This document shows, piece by piece, positions 47,619 to 58,961 of a stretch of 64,000 nucleotides of DNA. The translations under genes and the position numbers were made by a program. The notes below the pieces were generated by a model that made no database searches, was not told the origin of the DNA, and was given only the letters and a program-made list of their open reading frames with translations. This DNA comes from an uncultured Planctomycetia bacterium (GTDB lineage: Bacteria; Omnitrophota; Gorgyraeia; VGKH01; JBHPFN01), in contig CAYOSQ010000005.1 in NCBI GenBank assembly GCA_964406665.1, forward strand, positions 21,929 to 85,928, in the 5' to 3' direction. Positions within the stretch are counted from its first letter, which is position 1; the number at the start of each line of letters is the position of its first letter.

Positions 47619-48832
47619 GAGTCTTGCGTGATACCAGTAAAGAATTAGAGAAAATTTATAATCGCCAGCTTTTTAGAAAAAAGAGCATTGCTCAGAAAGT
47701 TGCAAAGATAGTTGATGATGTCGCTCATCATGGGGATGATGCACTGCTGAAATATACCCGTAGATTTGATAGAGTAAAGTTGTCTTCTCGTCAATTGGTT
47801 GTCTCTGAGGCAGAGATAAGCGCAGCATATCAAAACATTACGCCTGATTTTGTTTCGAGTTTAAAAGTAATTATTGAAAATATTACAAAGTTTTATAAGA
47901 AGCAACAGAAGAAATCTTGGCGCCTTAAGGGAGATGATGGGATAATTTTAGGTGAGCAGATTCAGCCACTTGATACTGTGGGCATTTATATTCCTGGTGG
48001 TACTGCAGCTTTGGCATCGTCAGTATATATGACAGTTCTTCCTGCAAAGATTGCTGGAGTAAAAAGAATTATCCTTATGACACCTCCAGGTAAGAATGTT
48101 TATGTTGACCCACATATTCTGGTTGTTGCAAATTTACTTAAGGTTAAAGAGATTTATCGAGTTGGTGGTGCACAGGCTATTGCAGCTATGGCTTTCGGTA
48201 CAAAAACAATTCCTAGGGTTGATAAGATTGTTGGTCCAGGAAATATTTATGTAACCGAGGCAAAACGTCAGCTTTATGGGTTTGTTGATATAGATATGCT
48301 AGCTGGGCCGACAGAACTTGTAGTTATTGCTAATAGATATAGCAATCCACAATATGTAATTGCTGATTTAAAAGCTCAGGAAGAGCATCTTAAGGGGTTG
48401 TCTATATTGATAACTAACTCTAAATCTTTAATTAAACAAGTTAAGAATCAGGTTTCTACCGGATATGCTATCTTGGTTAAGAATGTAAATCAGGCAGTTG
48501 ATATAGCAAATAAGATCGCCCCGGAACATCTAGAAATACTGACCAATAATCCATTAAAGGTGGTCAAAAAAATTAAACATGCTGGTGCAATATTTCTTGG
48601 CCCGTATAGCCCAACCGCTGTAGGTGATTATGTTGCTGGACCAAGCCATGTATTGCCTACTTCTGGAACAGCAAGATTTTTCTCTGGATTAAGCTTGCAG
48701 GATTTCTTTAAAACGAGCCACGTAATTTCTTATTCCAAGAAGGCGCTTGAGAAAGTCAGAGGACCGTTAGAGAAAATATCTAGCATTGAAGGATTAAATA
48801 AACACACTGATTCAGTAAAGATAAGGTTTTAG
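47615..48832 (+). CDS. hisD: Histidinol dehydrogenase
   Basis: YIPGG, GGAQAIAA, KIVGPGN, APEHLE, GDYVAGPSHVLPT. Confidence 0.95.
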   Translation: MRVLRDTSKELEKIYNRQLFRKKSIAQKVAKIVDDVAHHGDDALLKYTRRFDRVKLSSRQLVVSEAEISAAYQNITPDFVSSLKVIIENITKFYKKQQKKSWRLKGDDGIILGEQIQPLDTVGIYIPGGTAALASSVYMTVLPAKIAGVKRIILMTPPGKNVYVDPHILVVANLLKVKEIYRVGGAQAIAAMAFGTKTIPRVDKIVGPGNIYVTEAKRQLYGFVDIDMLAGPTELVVIANRYSNPQYVIADLKAQEEHLKGLSILITNSKSLIKQVKNQVSTGYAILVKNVNQAVDIANKIAPEHLEILTNNPLKVVKKIKHAGAIFLGPYSPTAVGDYVAGPSHVLPTSGTARFFSGLSLQDFFKTSHVISYSKKALEKVRGPLEKISSIEGLNKHTDSVKIRF

Positions 48833-48847
48833 TAGAAAGGATTACTT

Positions 48848-49468
48848 ATGGTAAATAAGTCAAATAACCGTATTGCAGAGGTTAAGAGAAAAACAAAAGA
48901 AACAGAAATATCTCTTAAATTGAATATTGATGGAAAAGGTGAATCTTCCATAGAAACAGGTATTGGACTTCTAGATCACATGTTAGACCTTTTTGCTTTT
49001 CATGGTTTATTTGATTTGGATATTAAGGCCAAAGGTGATATAGAAAAGATTGATTTACATCACACCAATGAGGACATTGGTATTGTATTGGGTAAGGCTT
49101 TTAAAGAGGCACTTGGTGAGAAGGGCAGCATAAGACGCTTTGGTACTTCTTCTGTGCCTATGGAGCAGGTTGTTGCAACTGTTACTGCAGATATTAGCGG
49201 CAGGGGATATTTAGTCCTAGAAGTTAAAGAACCAGGACAGCTTCCTAAGCCTGAAGAAGGATATCAATTTTCGGATGTTGAGCATTTTCTGGATTCTTTT
49301 GCGAAAAATTTAGGAATGAATCTTGCGGTTAAAGTTGATACTCCTGGCCAGGATTTACACACTGATATTGAGCCGATATTTAAAGCTTTAGGGATTGCCA
49401 TGGATCAGGCTACTCAAATTGATCCTCGCAGAGAAGGAATACCCTCCACTAAAGGCGTGATAGATTAA
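48848..49468 (+). CDS. hisB: Imidazoleglycerol-phosphate dehydratase
   Basis: RKTKET, LDHML, DLHHTNED, IPSTKG; second HHxxE motif is degenerate. Confidence 0.92.
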   Translation: MVNKSNNRIAEVKRKTKETEISLKLNIDGKGESSIETGIGLLDHMLDLFAFHGLFDLDIKAKGDIEKIDLHHTNEDIGIVLGKAFKEALGEKGSIRRFGTSSVPMEQVVATVTADISGRGYLVLEVKEPGQLPKPEEGYQFSDVEHFLDSFAKNLGMNLAVKVDTPGQDLHTDIEPIFKALGIAMDQATQIDPRREGIPSTKGVID

Positions 49469-50073
49469 TGATTGTCGTTGTTGACTACGGAACCGGAAAT
49501 CTGCGCAGTGTTCAGAAAGCATTGGAGTCAGTTGGTGCTGATGCGAAGATTTCTAGCGATGTTAAGGAAATAAAGAATGCGCAGAAGCTTGTTCTTCCAG
49601 GAGTTGGTGCTTTTGGACAGGCAATGAATAAACTTTCTGATTGTGGGTTGGTTTCTGCGATAAAAGATTATATTGATTCTAAAAGACCTTTTTTAGGAAT
49701 TTGTTTGGGGTTACAGCTTTTGTTTACTGAGAGCGAAGAATGTTCTGGCTTAAAAGGTTTGGATATTTTTCCTGGAAAAGTACGCAAATTTTCTAAGCTA
49801 AAAGTTCCCCACATGGGTTGGAATCAGATTGTGATTGCAGATGATAAAAAAGATAACGTTTTGTTTAAAGGATTAGACGGTGGAGCATATGCTTATTTTT
49901 GTCATTCATATTATGTTGATCCCAAAGATAAACAAATAGCTGCTACTACAACTTCTTATGGATTAGATTTTGTTTCTATGATCGCAGTTGATAATGTTTG
50001 GGCTGTACAGTTTCACCCTGAAAAAAGTCAGGATGTTGGGCTTAAGATGCTGAAGAATTTCGTGGAGATTTAA
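49468..50073 (+). CDS. hisH: Imidazole glycerol phosphate synthase glutaminase subunit
   Basis: DYGTGNL, LPGVGAF, GICLGLQ, QFHPEKS. Confidence 0.96.
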   Translation: MIVVVDYGTGNLRSVQKALESVGADAKISSDVKEIKNAQKLVLPGVGAFGQAMNKLSDCGLVSAIKDYIDSKRPFLGICLGLQLLFTESEECSGLKGLDIFPGKVRKFSKLKVPHMGWNQIVIADDKKDNVLFKGLDGGAYAYFCHSYYVDPKDKQIAATTTSYGLDFVSMIAVDNVWAVQFHPEKSQDVGLKMLKNFVEI

Positions 50074-50074
50074 A

Positions 50075-50806
50075 ATGGATATTATACCTGCAATAGATTT
50101 AAAAGACGGCAAGGTTGTTCGTCTCACACAGGGAAAGTTTCAGGAGGTAACAATTTATTCTGACAACCCTGTTGACACTGCCAAGAAATGGGTAGAATTT
50201 GGTGCGCAATCTCTGCATGTGGTTGATTTAGATGGAGCAGTAGCTGGTGAGAGTAAGAATATGCAGATAATTTCTCAGATAGCTAGACAGGTAGATGTCC
50301 CTATTCAAGTTGGTGGCGGCATTAGGGATGAGGAAGCTATTTTACAACTGTTTAATGCTGGGGTTAATAGGGTTGTCTTGGGAACAAAAGCTGTTGAGGA
50401 TAGTTCTTTTGTGGAATCTGTTACTAGTCAGTTTGGAAGCAGGATAATCGTCAGCATTGATAGCTCAATGGGTAAGGTTGCTACTGACGGATGGACTAGC
50501 ATTACTCAACAGGATGCTTTTGAATTAGCTAAGTCTTTTGAGAAGATCGGTGTAAAGACACTTATTTTTACAGACATCTCACGTGATGGTACGTTAATTG
50601 GGCCGAATTTTGCTAATATTGAAAAAATGCTAGCTGCAGTTAGCATACCTATAATTGCTGCTGGGGGAATTTCAAATATTGAAGATATAAAGAAGCTTTT
50701 GGATATGAGCCCTAAGGGTATAGAGGGTGTTATAATTGGGAAAGCTTTATATGAAACCAAAGTATTTTTAAAGGAGGCTATTGATCTGTGCTCGCCAGAC
50801 GAATAA
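50075..50806 (+). CDS. hisA: ProFAR isomerase
   Basis: [31 protein letters not shown]. Confidence 0.96.
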   Translation: MDIIPAIDLKDGKVVRLTQGKFQEVTIYSDNPVDTAKKWVEFGAQSLHVVDLDGAVAGESKNMQIISQIARQVDVPIQVGGGIRDEEAILQLFNAGVNRVVLGTKAVEDSSFVESVTSQFGSRIIVSIDSSMGKVATDGWTSITQQDAFELAKSFEKIGVKTLIFTDISRDGTLIGPNFANIEKMLAAVSIPIIAAGGISNIEDIKKLLDMSPKGIEGVIIGKALYETKVFLKEAIDLCSPDE

Positions 50807-51543
50807 TCCCATGTTTAGATGTTAAGGACGGCCGAGTTGTCAAAGGTGTTCGCTTTGTTTCTTTAAGGGATGCCGGAGATCCTGTTGAAGTAGCCGCAAC
50901 GTATAATCAAGAAGGGGCAGATGAAATAGTATTTTTAGATATTACTGCAAGTTTTGAAAAGCGTCCTATATTGATTGATGTTGTAAGAAGAACTGCTGAG
51001 CGTGTTTTCATGCCCTTAACCGTTGGCGGTGGGATAAGAAATATCGATGATATTAGAGAGTTGCTTAATGCCGGTGCTGATAAAATTTCAATCAACACTC
51101 AGGCAATTAAGACACCGGAGTTGGTTAAGGAGTCAGCTGATAAATTCGGCAGTCAGTGTATTGTTGTTGCAGTTGATGCTAAGAATGCAGGAGATCATTG
51201 GCAAGTGTATATAAATGGAGGAAGAACTCCGATAGATAAAGATGCGATAAGCTGGGTAAAAGAGGTAGAATCTCTCGGTGCTGGTGAAATATTGCTCACA
51301 AGTATGGATTGTGATGGTACAAAAGACGGATATGATTTACCTTTAACAAAAGCTATTTGTGATGCGGTAAATATTCCTGTGATTGCATCCGGTGGGGCAG
51401 GAAACTTAGAACATTTCTCTGATGTGTTTACCAAGACTACTGCTGATGCAGCTTTAGCGGCAAGTATATTTCATTATCAAGAAATAGGTATAAAGCAAGT
51501 TAAGAATTACCTAAAAGAAAAAAGGATTGAAATAAGACCATGA
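50788..51543 (+). CDS. hisF: Imidazole glycerol phosphate synthase cyclase subunit
   Basis: [32 protein letters not shown]. Confidence 0.97.
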   Translation: MLARRIIPCLDVKDGRVVKGVRFVSLRDAGDPVEVAATYNQEGADEIVFLDITASFEKRPILIDVVRRTAERVFMPLTVGGGIRNIDDIRELLNAGADKISINTQAIKTPELVKESADKFGSQCIVVAVDAKNAGDHWQVYINGGRTPIDKDAISWVKEVESLGAGEILLTSMDCDGTKDGYDLPLTKAICDAVNIPVIASGGAGNLEHFSDVFTKTTADAALAASIFHYQEIGIKQVKNYLKEKRIEIRP

Positions 51544-51872
51544 AAGCATTAACTTTAAAAAATATTAAAAACTTGAAATTTGACAAAAAAGGATTAATTC
51601 CTGTAATTATCCAGGATTATAAGGTTAATGATGTTCTTATGCTTGCATATATGAACAAAGATTCAATCAAAAGAACTATTAAGCTGAAAAAGACGTGTTT
51701 TTGGTCGCGTTCACGTAAGAAATTCTGGGTGAAAGGGGAAACCTCAGGACATTTTCAAATTGTTAAGAAAATATATTTTGACTGCGATGCAGATACTTTA
51801 TTAATTAAGGTTAGGCAAGTTGGAGTTGCATGCCATACAGGTAAGAGGAGTTGTTTTTTTAGAACACTATGA
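51540..51872 (+). CDS. hisI: Phosphoribosyl-AMP cyclohydrolase
   Basis: WSRSR..W.KGETSG, DCDADTL, ACHTG..SCF. Confidence 0.96.
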   Translation: MKALTLKNIKNLKFDKKGLIPVIIQDYKVNDVLMLAYMNKDSIKRTIKLKKTCFWSRSRKKFWVKGETSGHFQIVKKIYFDCDADTLLIKVRQVGVACHTGKRSCFFRTL

Positions 51873-53380
51873 TTTATCCGTCAAAGAAAGAATTCTTAAA
51901 ATTAAGCAAAAAAGGTAATGTTATTCCTGTTTATAAGGAAGTCTTAGCTGATTTTGATTCGCCGGTTTCTGCATATTTGAAACTTAGTAAATCTAAATAT
52001 TCATTTTTGTTGGAATCAGTTGAAGGTGAAGAAAAGGTTGCTCGTTATTCTTTCTTGGGAGATAGCCCATCATTGATATTTGAGAGTAAAGCCAGTAAGA
52101 TAAAAATAATTCGTTTCAGAGGAAAAACAAAAAGAGTCAAAGTCTACACTGCTAAACTCGATGCTTTAGAAGAAATTAAAAGAATAATGCAGCAGTATAA
52201 GTTCGTATCAGTAAAAGGATTACCCCGATTTTCCGGAGGTTTAGTTGGGTATATAGGCTATGATATGGTAAGATTTTTTGAGCCACGTCTTCAAAAAACA
52301 GGAAAGATAAATCCTGATGATTTAAAACTTCAAGATGTTGTAATGGTTCTTGCTGATAAATTAGTAATTTTTGATCATCGAGAACATACGCTAAAGATAA
52401 TTTATTGTATTCATACAGATTCTTCTAAAAGCTCTCCATCTAAATTGTATGACAATGCTGTTAAAGAAATCGAAGTCAGATCTCAAAAGCTTGAGAAGGC
52501 ATTGGGCTCGAAATCCACATCTCTTCATAAATCAATCTTTGATTTTAATGCTAAATCCAATTTTTCTAAAAGTCGATTTGAAGAAGCTGTTAGAAAGGCA
52601 AAGAAGTATATAAGATCAGGCGATATTATTCAAGCAGTTTTATCTCAGAGATTCCGCTTGAAGCTGCGCACCGATTCATTTAATATTTACAGAGCTCTCA
52701 GACAGATTAATCCGTCTGCATATATGTATTATCTTAAATTTGATAAACTGAGTATCGTAGGATCGTCCCCGGAACTTCTTGTCCGTTGTGAGGATAGATT
52801 AGTACAGACTCGTCCTATCGCCGGGACAAGACAACGAGGCAAGAACGAAAAGGAAGATGAGGCATTAAGTAAAAATCTTATTAACGATAAGAAAGAAAGA
52901 GCCGAGCACATTATGCTTGTTGATTTAGGACGCAATGATTTAGGACGGGTTTGTGAAAGAGGTTCGGTTAAGCTTTCTGAGTTTATGAAGATAGAGAAGT
53001 TTTCACACGTAATGCATATTGTTAGTAATGTGGTGGGTAAGCTTTCAAAGAATAAAAATATTTATGATTTATTGCGCGCAACGTTTCCCGCAGGTACCGT
53101 AACAGGGGCTCCGAAAATCAGGGCAATGGAAATAATTGACGAATTAGAAAATGTCAAAAGAGGGCCTTACGCAGGGTGCATCGGTTACTTTAGTTTTTCC
53201 GGGAACTTAGATACTTGTATCACAATAAGGACAATAGTTGTTAAGGGTAATGTGGCTTATATGCAAGCTGGAGCAGGAATTGTTGCTGATTCTAAACCGA
53301 GCAAAGAGTATTTAGAAACAGTGAATAAAGCAAAGGCTCAGTTGTTGGCCATACAATTAGCACAAAATTATTTTAAATAA
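51869..53380 (+). CDS. trpE: Anthranilate synthase component I
   Basis: [40 protein letters not shown]. Confidence 0.93.
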   Translation: MIYPSKKEFLKLSKKGNVIPVYKEVLADFDSPVSAYLKLSKSKYSFLLESVEGEEKVARYSFLGDSPSLIFESKASKIKIIRFRGKTKRVKVYTAKLDALEEIKRIMQQYKFVSVKGLPRFSGGLVGYIGYDMVRFFEPRLQKTGKINPDDLKLQDVVMVLADKLVIFDHREHTLKIIYCIHTDSSKSSPSKLYDNAVKEIEVRSQKLEKALGSKSTSLHKSIFDFNAKSNFSKSRFEEAVRKAKKYIRSGDIIQAVLSQRFRLKLRTDSFNIYRALRQINPSAYMYYLKFDKLSIVGSSPELLVRCEDRLVQTRPIAGTRQRGKNEKEDEALSKNLINDKKERAEHIMLVDLGRNDLGRVCERGSVKLSEFMKIEKFSHVMHIVSNVVGKLSKNKNIYDLLRATFPAGTVTGAPKIRAMEIIDELENVKRGPYAGCIGYFSFSGNLDTCITIRTIVVKGNVAYMQAGAGIVADSKPSKEYLETVNKAKAQLLAIQLAQNYFK

Positions 53381-53394
53381 GGAGGAGTTGAAAA

Positions 53395-53637
53395 ATGTCT
53401 GTACGTTTAAGGTTGAAGAAAGTTGGTAAGAGTTCAAAGGGGGCATATAATTACAGAATTGTTGCCTGTACTAAAACAGCGGCAAGAGACGGTCGTTTCT
53501 TAGATGAGATTGGCTATTACGATCCAGCAAAAAAGCCTGCTTCGGTAAAAATCAATAAAGCAAAGGCCGAATATTGGCTAAAAAAAGGAGCTATTCCATC
53601 TAATACTGTAAAAAGTTTATTAAAAAAGGAGAAATAA
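53395..53637 (+). CDS. rpsP: 30S ribosomal protein S16
   Basis: VRLRL, YRIVA, RDGRF..IGYYDP, WL.KGA.PS.TV. Confidence 0.96.
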   Translation: MSVRLRLKKVGKSSKGAYNYRIVACTKTAARDGRFLDEIGYYDPAKKPASVKINKAKAEYWLKKGAIPSNTVKSLLKKEK

Positions 53638-53640
53638 AAC

Positions 53641-53922
53641 ATGAACGGAGCACCTCAAGGAAGTCCTATGGTACATTTTATTCCTATAATTCTGATTTTC
53701 GGAATTTTCTATTTTTTACTTATCCGTCCTCAGAAACAGAAACAGGATGAGCATAAGACAATGGTTTCTGGTCTTAAGAAGAATGATGAAGTTATAACTG
53801 CCGGGGGAATTCACGGCACTGTTGTGAATGTTAAAGATAGAAGTGTAATCGTCAGAGTTGATGATAATGTAAAGATTGAGATAGAGAGAGATTTTGTAAG
53901 TACAATTGTTAAAAAGGCATAA
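53641..53922 (+). CDS. yajC: Preprotein translocase subunit YajC
   Basis: FYFLLIRPQ, DEVITAGGIHG. Confidence 0.95.
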   Translation: MNGAPQGSPMVHFIPIILIFGIFYFLLIRPQKQKQDEHKTMVSGLKKNDEVITAGGIHGTVVNVKDRSVIVRVDDNVKIEIERDFVSTIVKKA

Positions 53923-53927
53923 TTATT

Positions 53928-56135
53928 ATGAAGATGAATAAAGATTTAAGGGTAAAACTTGTTTTCATTTTAGGAGTTGTTATTCTGTTTAGCTGGTTTG
54001 CTTTTCCTCTAGAGAAAAGAATCAACTTAGGCTTGGACTTAAAGGGCGGTATGCATCTAGTGTTAAGGGTAGATACTGCAAATTTATCCGAAAATGCTAA
54101 AACAGATGCTGTGGAGCGTGCTTTAGAGATTATCAGGAATAGAATTGATGAGTTTGGTGTCGGAGAGCCTTCGATCCAGCGTCAGGGAGAAGAAGAGATC
54201 GTTGTTCAGCTTCCTGGTATAACTGATAGAAACCGGGCTATAGAATTGATTGGAAGAACAGCTCTTCTGGAATTTAAACTGGTAAATGCTGATCCTGAAA
54301 AATTAAAACACTCTGCTGAGGGAAATGTCCCTGAAGGGTATGAGCTAAAAACCTATATGAAAGATGAAGAGGAAGCTCAGCTGCTTATTGAAAAAAAGGC
54401 TGTTTTAATCGGAGATGCAGTTGTTGATGCTCAAGTTAGTTTTGACAGAACCGGTTTTGGTGAGCCGTATGTTAGCCTTAAATTTAACTCTCAGGGTGCT
54501 AGAGAGTTTGCAAAGATAACACGTGAAAATGTTGGTAAACAATTAGCAATTGTTTTGGATGGAAAAGTTCATTCTGCTCCTGTTATCAGGGAAGCAATTC
54601 CTTCGGGGGAGGCGCAGATTACCGGAAGCTTTGATCTTAATGAAGCAAGGGACTTATCTATTATTTTAAGAGTTGGCGCTCTTCCTGCGCCTATGTATAT
54701 CGAAGAAGAAAGAACTGTTGGTCCTTTATTGGGTCAAGATTCAATTAATAGCGGAATTAAAGCATGTCTTATCGGTGGAGCGCTTGTTTTATTATTCATG
54801 ACAGTTTATTATTTTAACGCCGGAATAATCGCAAATATCGCATTGATGCTTAATATGGTTCTTATCCTTGGTGCTTTAGGGATGTTTCGTGTATTGCTTC
54901 TACAGCAGCAGGTAACTTTAACTCTTCCTGGTATTGCTGGTATTGTTTTAACATTAGGTATGGCAGTGGATGCTAATGTTTTGATCAATGAAAGGATCAG
55001 GGAAGAGCTTCGTATCGGCCGGCCGCTTTATGCAGCAATCAGAAGTGGATATAACAAAGCGTTTAGTGCGATTATTGATTCAAACGTTACAACCCTTATT
55101 GCGGCTTTTCTTCTGTTTCAGTTTGGTACGGGTCCGATAAGAGGTTTTGCCGTAACTTTAACCATAGGTATTTTAGTAAGTTTATTTACTGCAATCTTTG
55201 TAACGCGTACCATCTTTGAGACATTAATTGCTATGAAGTTGATGAAGAAGATTCATATGGTGCCGTTTCTTACGAATACAAAGTTTGATTTTGTCGGTAA
55301 GCGAAAAATATTTTATGCTTTTTCTATTGTCTTGATTATTTTCGGTTTGATTGTTTTTCAAGGTAAAGGAAAAGATAAATACGGAATTGATTTTTCCGGA
55401 GGAGAATTGCAGAGGTACAAATTTCAACAAGTCGTTTCTATCGAAGATATACGTGATAGCTTAAAGGAAGTAGGTCTTGCAGAATCTACTATTTTGCCGT
55501 TTAAGGATAGTCCTAGGGCAGTAGCAATAAGGACTTTCGAAGAGAGCTCAAATAAAGTACAAGAGGTTTTTAAAGAAAAGTTTCCCAATAACAAATTTGA
55601 GATCATGGGAATCGAAAAAGTTGGACCTCTTGTTGGCCAGGAGTTAAGAAAGAGGGCAATGCAGGCAATTCTTTTCGCGCTTTTGGGTATTCTTATATAT
55701 GTGGGATTTCGTTTTAAGCATTTTAATTATGCCGCAGCAGGAATTATTGCACTTTTCCATGATGTGTTTTTGACTATTGGCATCTTGGCAATTATGGGTA
55801 GGTCTATAGACCTGCTTGTTGTAACAGCCCTTTTGACTATTGCGGGTTATTCGATTAATGATACGATAGTTATTTTCGACCGAGTCCGTGAAATAGAGCG
55901 AACCCATGGACGTAAAGCATCGCTGGGTGAGATTATAAATTTAGGAGTTAATCAAACCCTTTCAAGAACTATTCTTACCACAGTTCTGACATTATTGGTT
56001 GTATTTGCCTTATTCTTTTTCGGCGGTGAAGTTTTAAACAGCTTTGCTCTTGCATTGATAATTGGAATTAGTTCGGGGGTGTATTCAACTATTTTCATTG
56101 CTTCACCACTGGTTTTAGCTTGGCAGAAAAAATAA
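53928..56135 (+). CDS. secDF: Fused protein translocase subunit SecDF
   Basis: LGLDLKGG, GMAVDANVLINERI, GIDFSGG, GYSINDTIVIFDRVRE. Confidence 0.96.
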   Translation: MKMNKDLRVKLVFILGVVILFSWFAFPLEKRINLGLDLKGGMHLVLRVDTANLSENAKTDAVERALEIIRNRIDEFGVGEPSIQRQGEEEIVVQLPGITDRNRAIELIGRTALLEFKLVNADPEKLKHSAEGNVPEGYELKTYMKDEEEAQLLIEKKAVLIGDAVVDAQVSFDRTGFGEPYVSLKFNSQGAREFAKITRENVGKQLAIVLDGKVHSAPVIREAIPSGEAQITGSFDLNEARDLSIILRVGALPAPMYIEEERTVGPLLGQDSINSGIKACLIGGALVLLFMTVYYFNAGIIANIALMLNMVLILGALGMFRVLLLQQQVTLTLPGIAGIVLTLGMAVDANVLINERIREELRIGRPLYAAIRSGYNKAFSAIIDSNVTTLIAAFLLFQFGTGPIRGFAVTLTIGILVSLFTAIFVTRTIFETLIAMKLMKKIHMVPFLTNTKFDFVGKRKIFYAFSIVLIIFGLIVFQGKGKDKYGIDFSGGELQRYKFQQVVSIEDIRDSLKEVGLAESTILPFKDSPRAVAIRTFEESSNKVQEVFKEKFPNNKFEIMGIEKVGPLVGQELRKRAMQAILFALLGILIYVGFRFKHFNYAAAGIIALFHDVFLTIGILAIMGRSIDLLVVTALLTIAGYSINDTIVIFDRVREIERTHGRKASLGEIINLGVNQTLSRTILTTVLTLLVVFALFFFGGEVLNSFALALIIGISSGVYSTIFIASPLVLAWQKK

Positions 56136-56139
56136 TCAA

Positions 56140-58029
56140 ATGTTCAGATCTATCAAGCTTTATTCTTCAGGGTCTATTAGTCTTGAGGAACTAAGGCAAA
56201 CTTTAATTGATTTTGGCTATAAAAGAGTCGCTGGGATTTGTGAAGAAGGTGATTTCTCCGTAAAGGGAGGAATCGTTGATGTTTATCCTGCCAGCTTCGA
56301 TTGTCCTATCCGCATAGACTTGGATATGGATAAAGTAAATTCCATATTCAGTTTTAATATCATAAACGGTAAACGTTTATGGGAACATTCTACAGTAATA
56401 ATCCTGCCAATCAAAAGAACGAAAACTACCCGACATGCAAAGTTTTCCGAGGAGCAACCGATAGAGAATTTTATTGAGTTGCAAGAGGGAGATTATGCAG
56501 TTCATGTTAACCACGGGGTGGGAAGATATTTAGGAATAGAAAAACTCAGGACAGAAGAAAACTTTAGGGATCATTTTGTCTTAGAATATGATGGAGGCGA
56601 TAAACTCTATGTTCCTACAGAACATATGCATTTAATTCAGAAATATATCGCATTTCAAGGTGGACAACCAAAACTATATAAGCTGGGTTCTAGAGAGTGG
56701 CAGAAAGTAAAAAACAGAACAAAAAAGAACATCAAGAAATTGGCTTTAGATCTTCTTCAGGTTCAGGCACTGCGTAATAGTCTTCCGGGTTTTAAATTTT
56801 CAAAAGATGCTGATTGGCAGAAGCAATTTGAGGAAACATTTACTTTTGTAGAGACTCCCGATCAAGCCAAGGCAACAGAAGAAGTAAAAAAAGATATGGA
56901 GTCAGAAAGGCCGATGGACAGACTTGTTTGTGGAGATGTTGGATATGGAAAAACTGAGGTGGCCATGCGGGCAGCCTTTAAAGCCGTAATGAGCAATAAG
57001 CAAGTTGCTTTTCTGGTACCCACAACTATTCTTGCCGAACAGCATTATTATAACTTTACTAAACGCTTAAAGAAATTTCCTATCCGTGTTGAAATGCTCA
57101 GTCGTTTTAATTCTCCTAGACAGCAGAAGAAGATTGTTGAAGACTTAAAAAAAGGTAGTGTTGATATTGTTATAGGAACTCATAGATTGTTATCCGGGGA
57201 TATCAATTATAAAGATTTGGGTCTTGTTATAATAGATGAAGAACAACGTTTCGGGGTAAAAGCTAAAGAAAAGTTTAAGCATCTAAGGCTTTTAGTTGAT
57301 GTGATTACTTTAACTGCTACACCAATTCCGCGAACTTTGTATATGGCAGTAATGAATGCAAAAGATATGTCTGTTATAAATACCCCACCAGAGAACCGGA
57401 TTCCTGTTAGGACACATGTTGCACAGGCTGACGATGTTTTAATTAAGCAGGCAATTGCCAGGGAACTGTCAAGAAAAGGCCAGGTTTACTTTGTGCATAA
57501 CCGTGTTGAGGGAATTGAAGAAATTAAAGAAAAGGTTGAGAAGTTGTCTAAATCGCGTAAAATAGGATTAGCGCATGGTCAGATGCCTTCTAAGCTACTG
57601 GAAAAGGTTATCCTTTCTTTTTTGAAAGGCGAGTTAGACATCTTGGTTTGTACGATGATTATTGAATCCGGAATGGATATACCTAATGCGAACACTTTAA
57701 TTGTTAATAGGGCAGACAACTTTGGCTTGGCAGATTTACACCAGTTGCGCGGCCGCGTGGGACGGTTTAATAAACAAGCATACGCTTACTTTTTATTTCC
57801 TAAACATGGGATTTTAACTTCTGATGCCCAACGACGACTAGAGGCAATTGAACGATTTAGTAGTCTTGGTTCAGGATTTAATATTGCTTTTGAAGATTTA
57901 CAGATTAGAGGTGCAGGAAATATTTTAGGGTCTCAGCAGCATGGGTACATAAGTGCAGTTGGATTTGATTTGTATTGTAGGATGTTAAGGGAAGTAATTT
58001 CTCAAATCAACTATAGGAGTGGAAAATGA
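56140..58029 (+). CDS. mfd: Transcription-repair coupling factor, reduced form (629 aa)
   Basis: GDFSVKGGIVDVYP, GDYAVHVNHGVG (RID), GDVGYGKTEVA, DEEQRFG, QLRGRVGR, DLQIRGAGNILG, GFDLYCRML; stops before the C-terminal domain. Confidence 0.9.
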   Translation: MFRSIKLYSSGSISLEELRQTLIDFGYKRVAGICEEGDFSVKGGIVDVYPASFDCPIRIDLDMDKVNSIFSFNIINGKRLWEHSTVIILPIKRTKTTRHAKFSEEQPIENFIELQEGDYAVHVNHGVGRYLGIEKLRTEENFRDHFVLEYDGGDKLYVPTEHMHLIQKYIAFQGGQPKLYKLGSREWQKVKNRTKKNIKKLALDLLQVQALRNSLPGFKFSKDADWQKQFEETFTFVETPDQAKATEEVKKDMESERPMDRLVCGDVGYGKTEVAMRAAFKAVMSNKQVAFLVPTTILAEQHYYNFTKRLKKFPIRVEMLSRFNSPRQQKKIVEDLKKGSVDIVIGTHRLLSGDINYKDLGLVIIDEEQRFGVKAKEKFKHLRLLVDVITLTATPIPRTLYMAVMNAKDMSVINTPPENRIPVRTHVAQADDVLIKQAIARELSRKGQVYFVHNRVEGIEEIKEKVEKLSKSRKIGLAHGQMPSKLLEKVILSFLKGELDILVCTMIIESGMDIPNANTLIVNRADNFGLADLHQLRGRVGRFNKQAYAYFLFPKHGILTSDAQRRLEAIERFSSLGSGFNIAFEDLQIRGAGNILGSQQHGYISAVGFDLYCRMLREVISQINYRSGK

Positions 58030-58961
58030 GTATTAAGTTACTAAGAGCATTAATATTTTGTTTTTTGGGTTTAACTTTTTTAATTGCTGGCGAAATTTAT
58101 GCAGTGGAGGATAGGATTGTAGCTGTAGTCAATAATGAGATTATTACAAAAAGCTATATGGATAATTTTATTAATTTGTTGAATATTCAGACGCAGACAA
58201 ACAATTTAACTGATTCCCTGGGAGAAGATGCAGAAGAGATTGAAAAGCAGGTCTTGGAAAGATTAATTGAGGACAGGTTGATTCTTCAAGAAGCTCAGCG
58301 TCAAGGCATTGAAGCTGACGAAGAATTAATTAATGAAAAAATAAACGGACTAAGAGATAGTTTTAATTCTGTAGAAATGTTTAATGAGTATCTTTCCATG
58401 CAGGGTTTTACTATAGCTGATTTACAGCAGACCATTGCAGAACAAATTATTATGCGTAATATAGTTCAGCGGGAAGTAAAAAATAAGATTTTCGTCCATC
58501 CAAAGGAAGTAACCGATTATTTTAATGAGTTCGCTGAGCAATTTCGCAAACCAGAAAGTGTTAATCTGGACTCAATTTTTATCGGAAATCAACAAAGTAA
58601 GAAAGAGACAAAAAAGCAAGTTAAAGAAGCCGTGAAGCTTTTAAAAGAAGGCAAGGGTTTCAAGGAAGTTGCTGCAGGTTATTCAGATATTGATTCTTTA
58701 GGGATTGTTTTTCGTGGGCAGCTAATGAAAGAAATAGAAGATGTCATTTTTAGTTTAAAGGTTGGAGAAATAAGTAATCCGGTTGAAATAGATACAGGAT
58801 ACTTTATTTTTGTAATTCTTGAAAAAATATCTCCATCAGCGAAAGCTTTAAAAGAAGTCCAGTCTCAAATCCATCAGCAAATTTTTGAGGAAAAGTTTCA
58901 GCAAAGATTCGTGGAGTGGACCGATAAACTCAAGGAAGATGCTTACATCGTCATCAAATAA
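58026..58961 (+). CDS. SurA-like periplasmic chaperone/parvulin PPIase
   Basis: Signal peptide, DRIVAVVNNEIIT, GEISNPV; surA-pdxA-rsmA gene order. Confidence 0.85.
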   Translation: MSIKLLRALIFCFLGLTFLIAGEIYAVEDRIVAVVNNEIITKSYMDNFINLLNIQTQTNNLTDSLGEDAEEIEKQVLERLIEDRLILQEAQRQGIEADEELINEKINGLRDSFNSVEMFNEYLSMQGFTIADLQQTIAEQIIMRNIVQREVKNKIFVHPKEVTDYFNEFAEQFRKPESVNLDSIFIGNQQSKKETKKQVKEAVKLLKEGKGFKEVAAGYSDIDSLGIVFRGQLMKEIEDVIFSLKVGEISNPVEIDTGYFIFVILEKISPSAKALKEVQSQIHQQIFEEKFQQRFVEWTDKLKEDAYIVIK

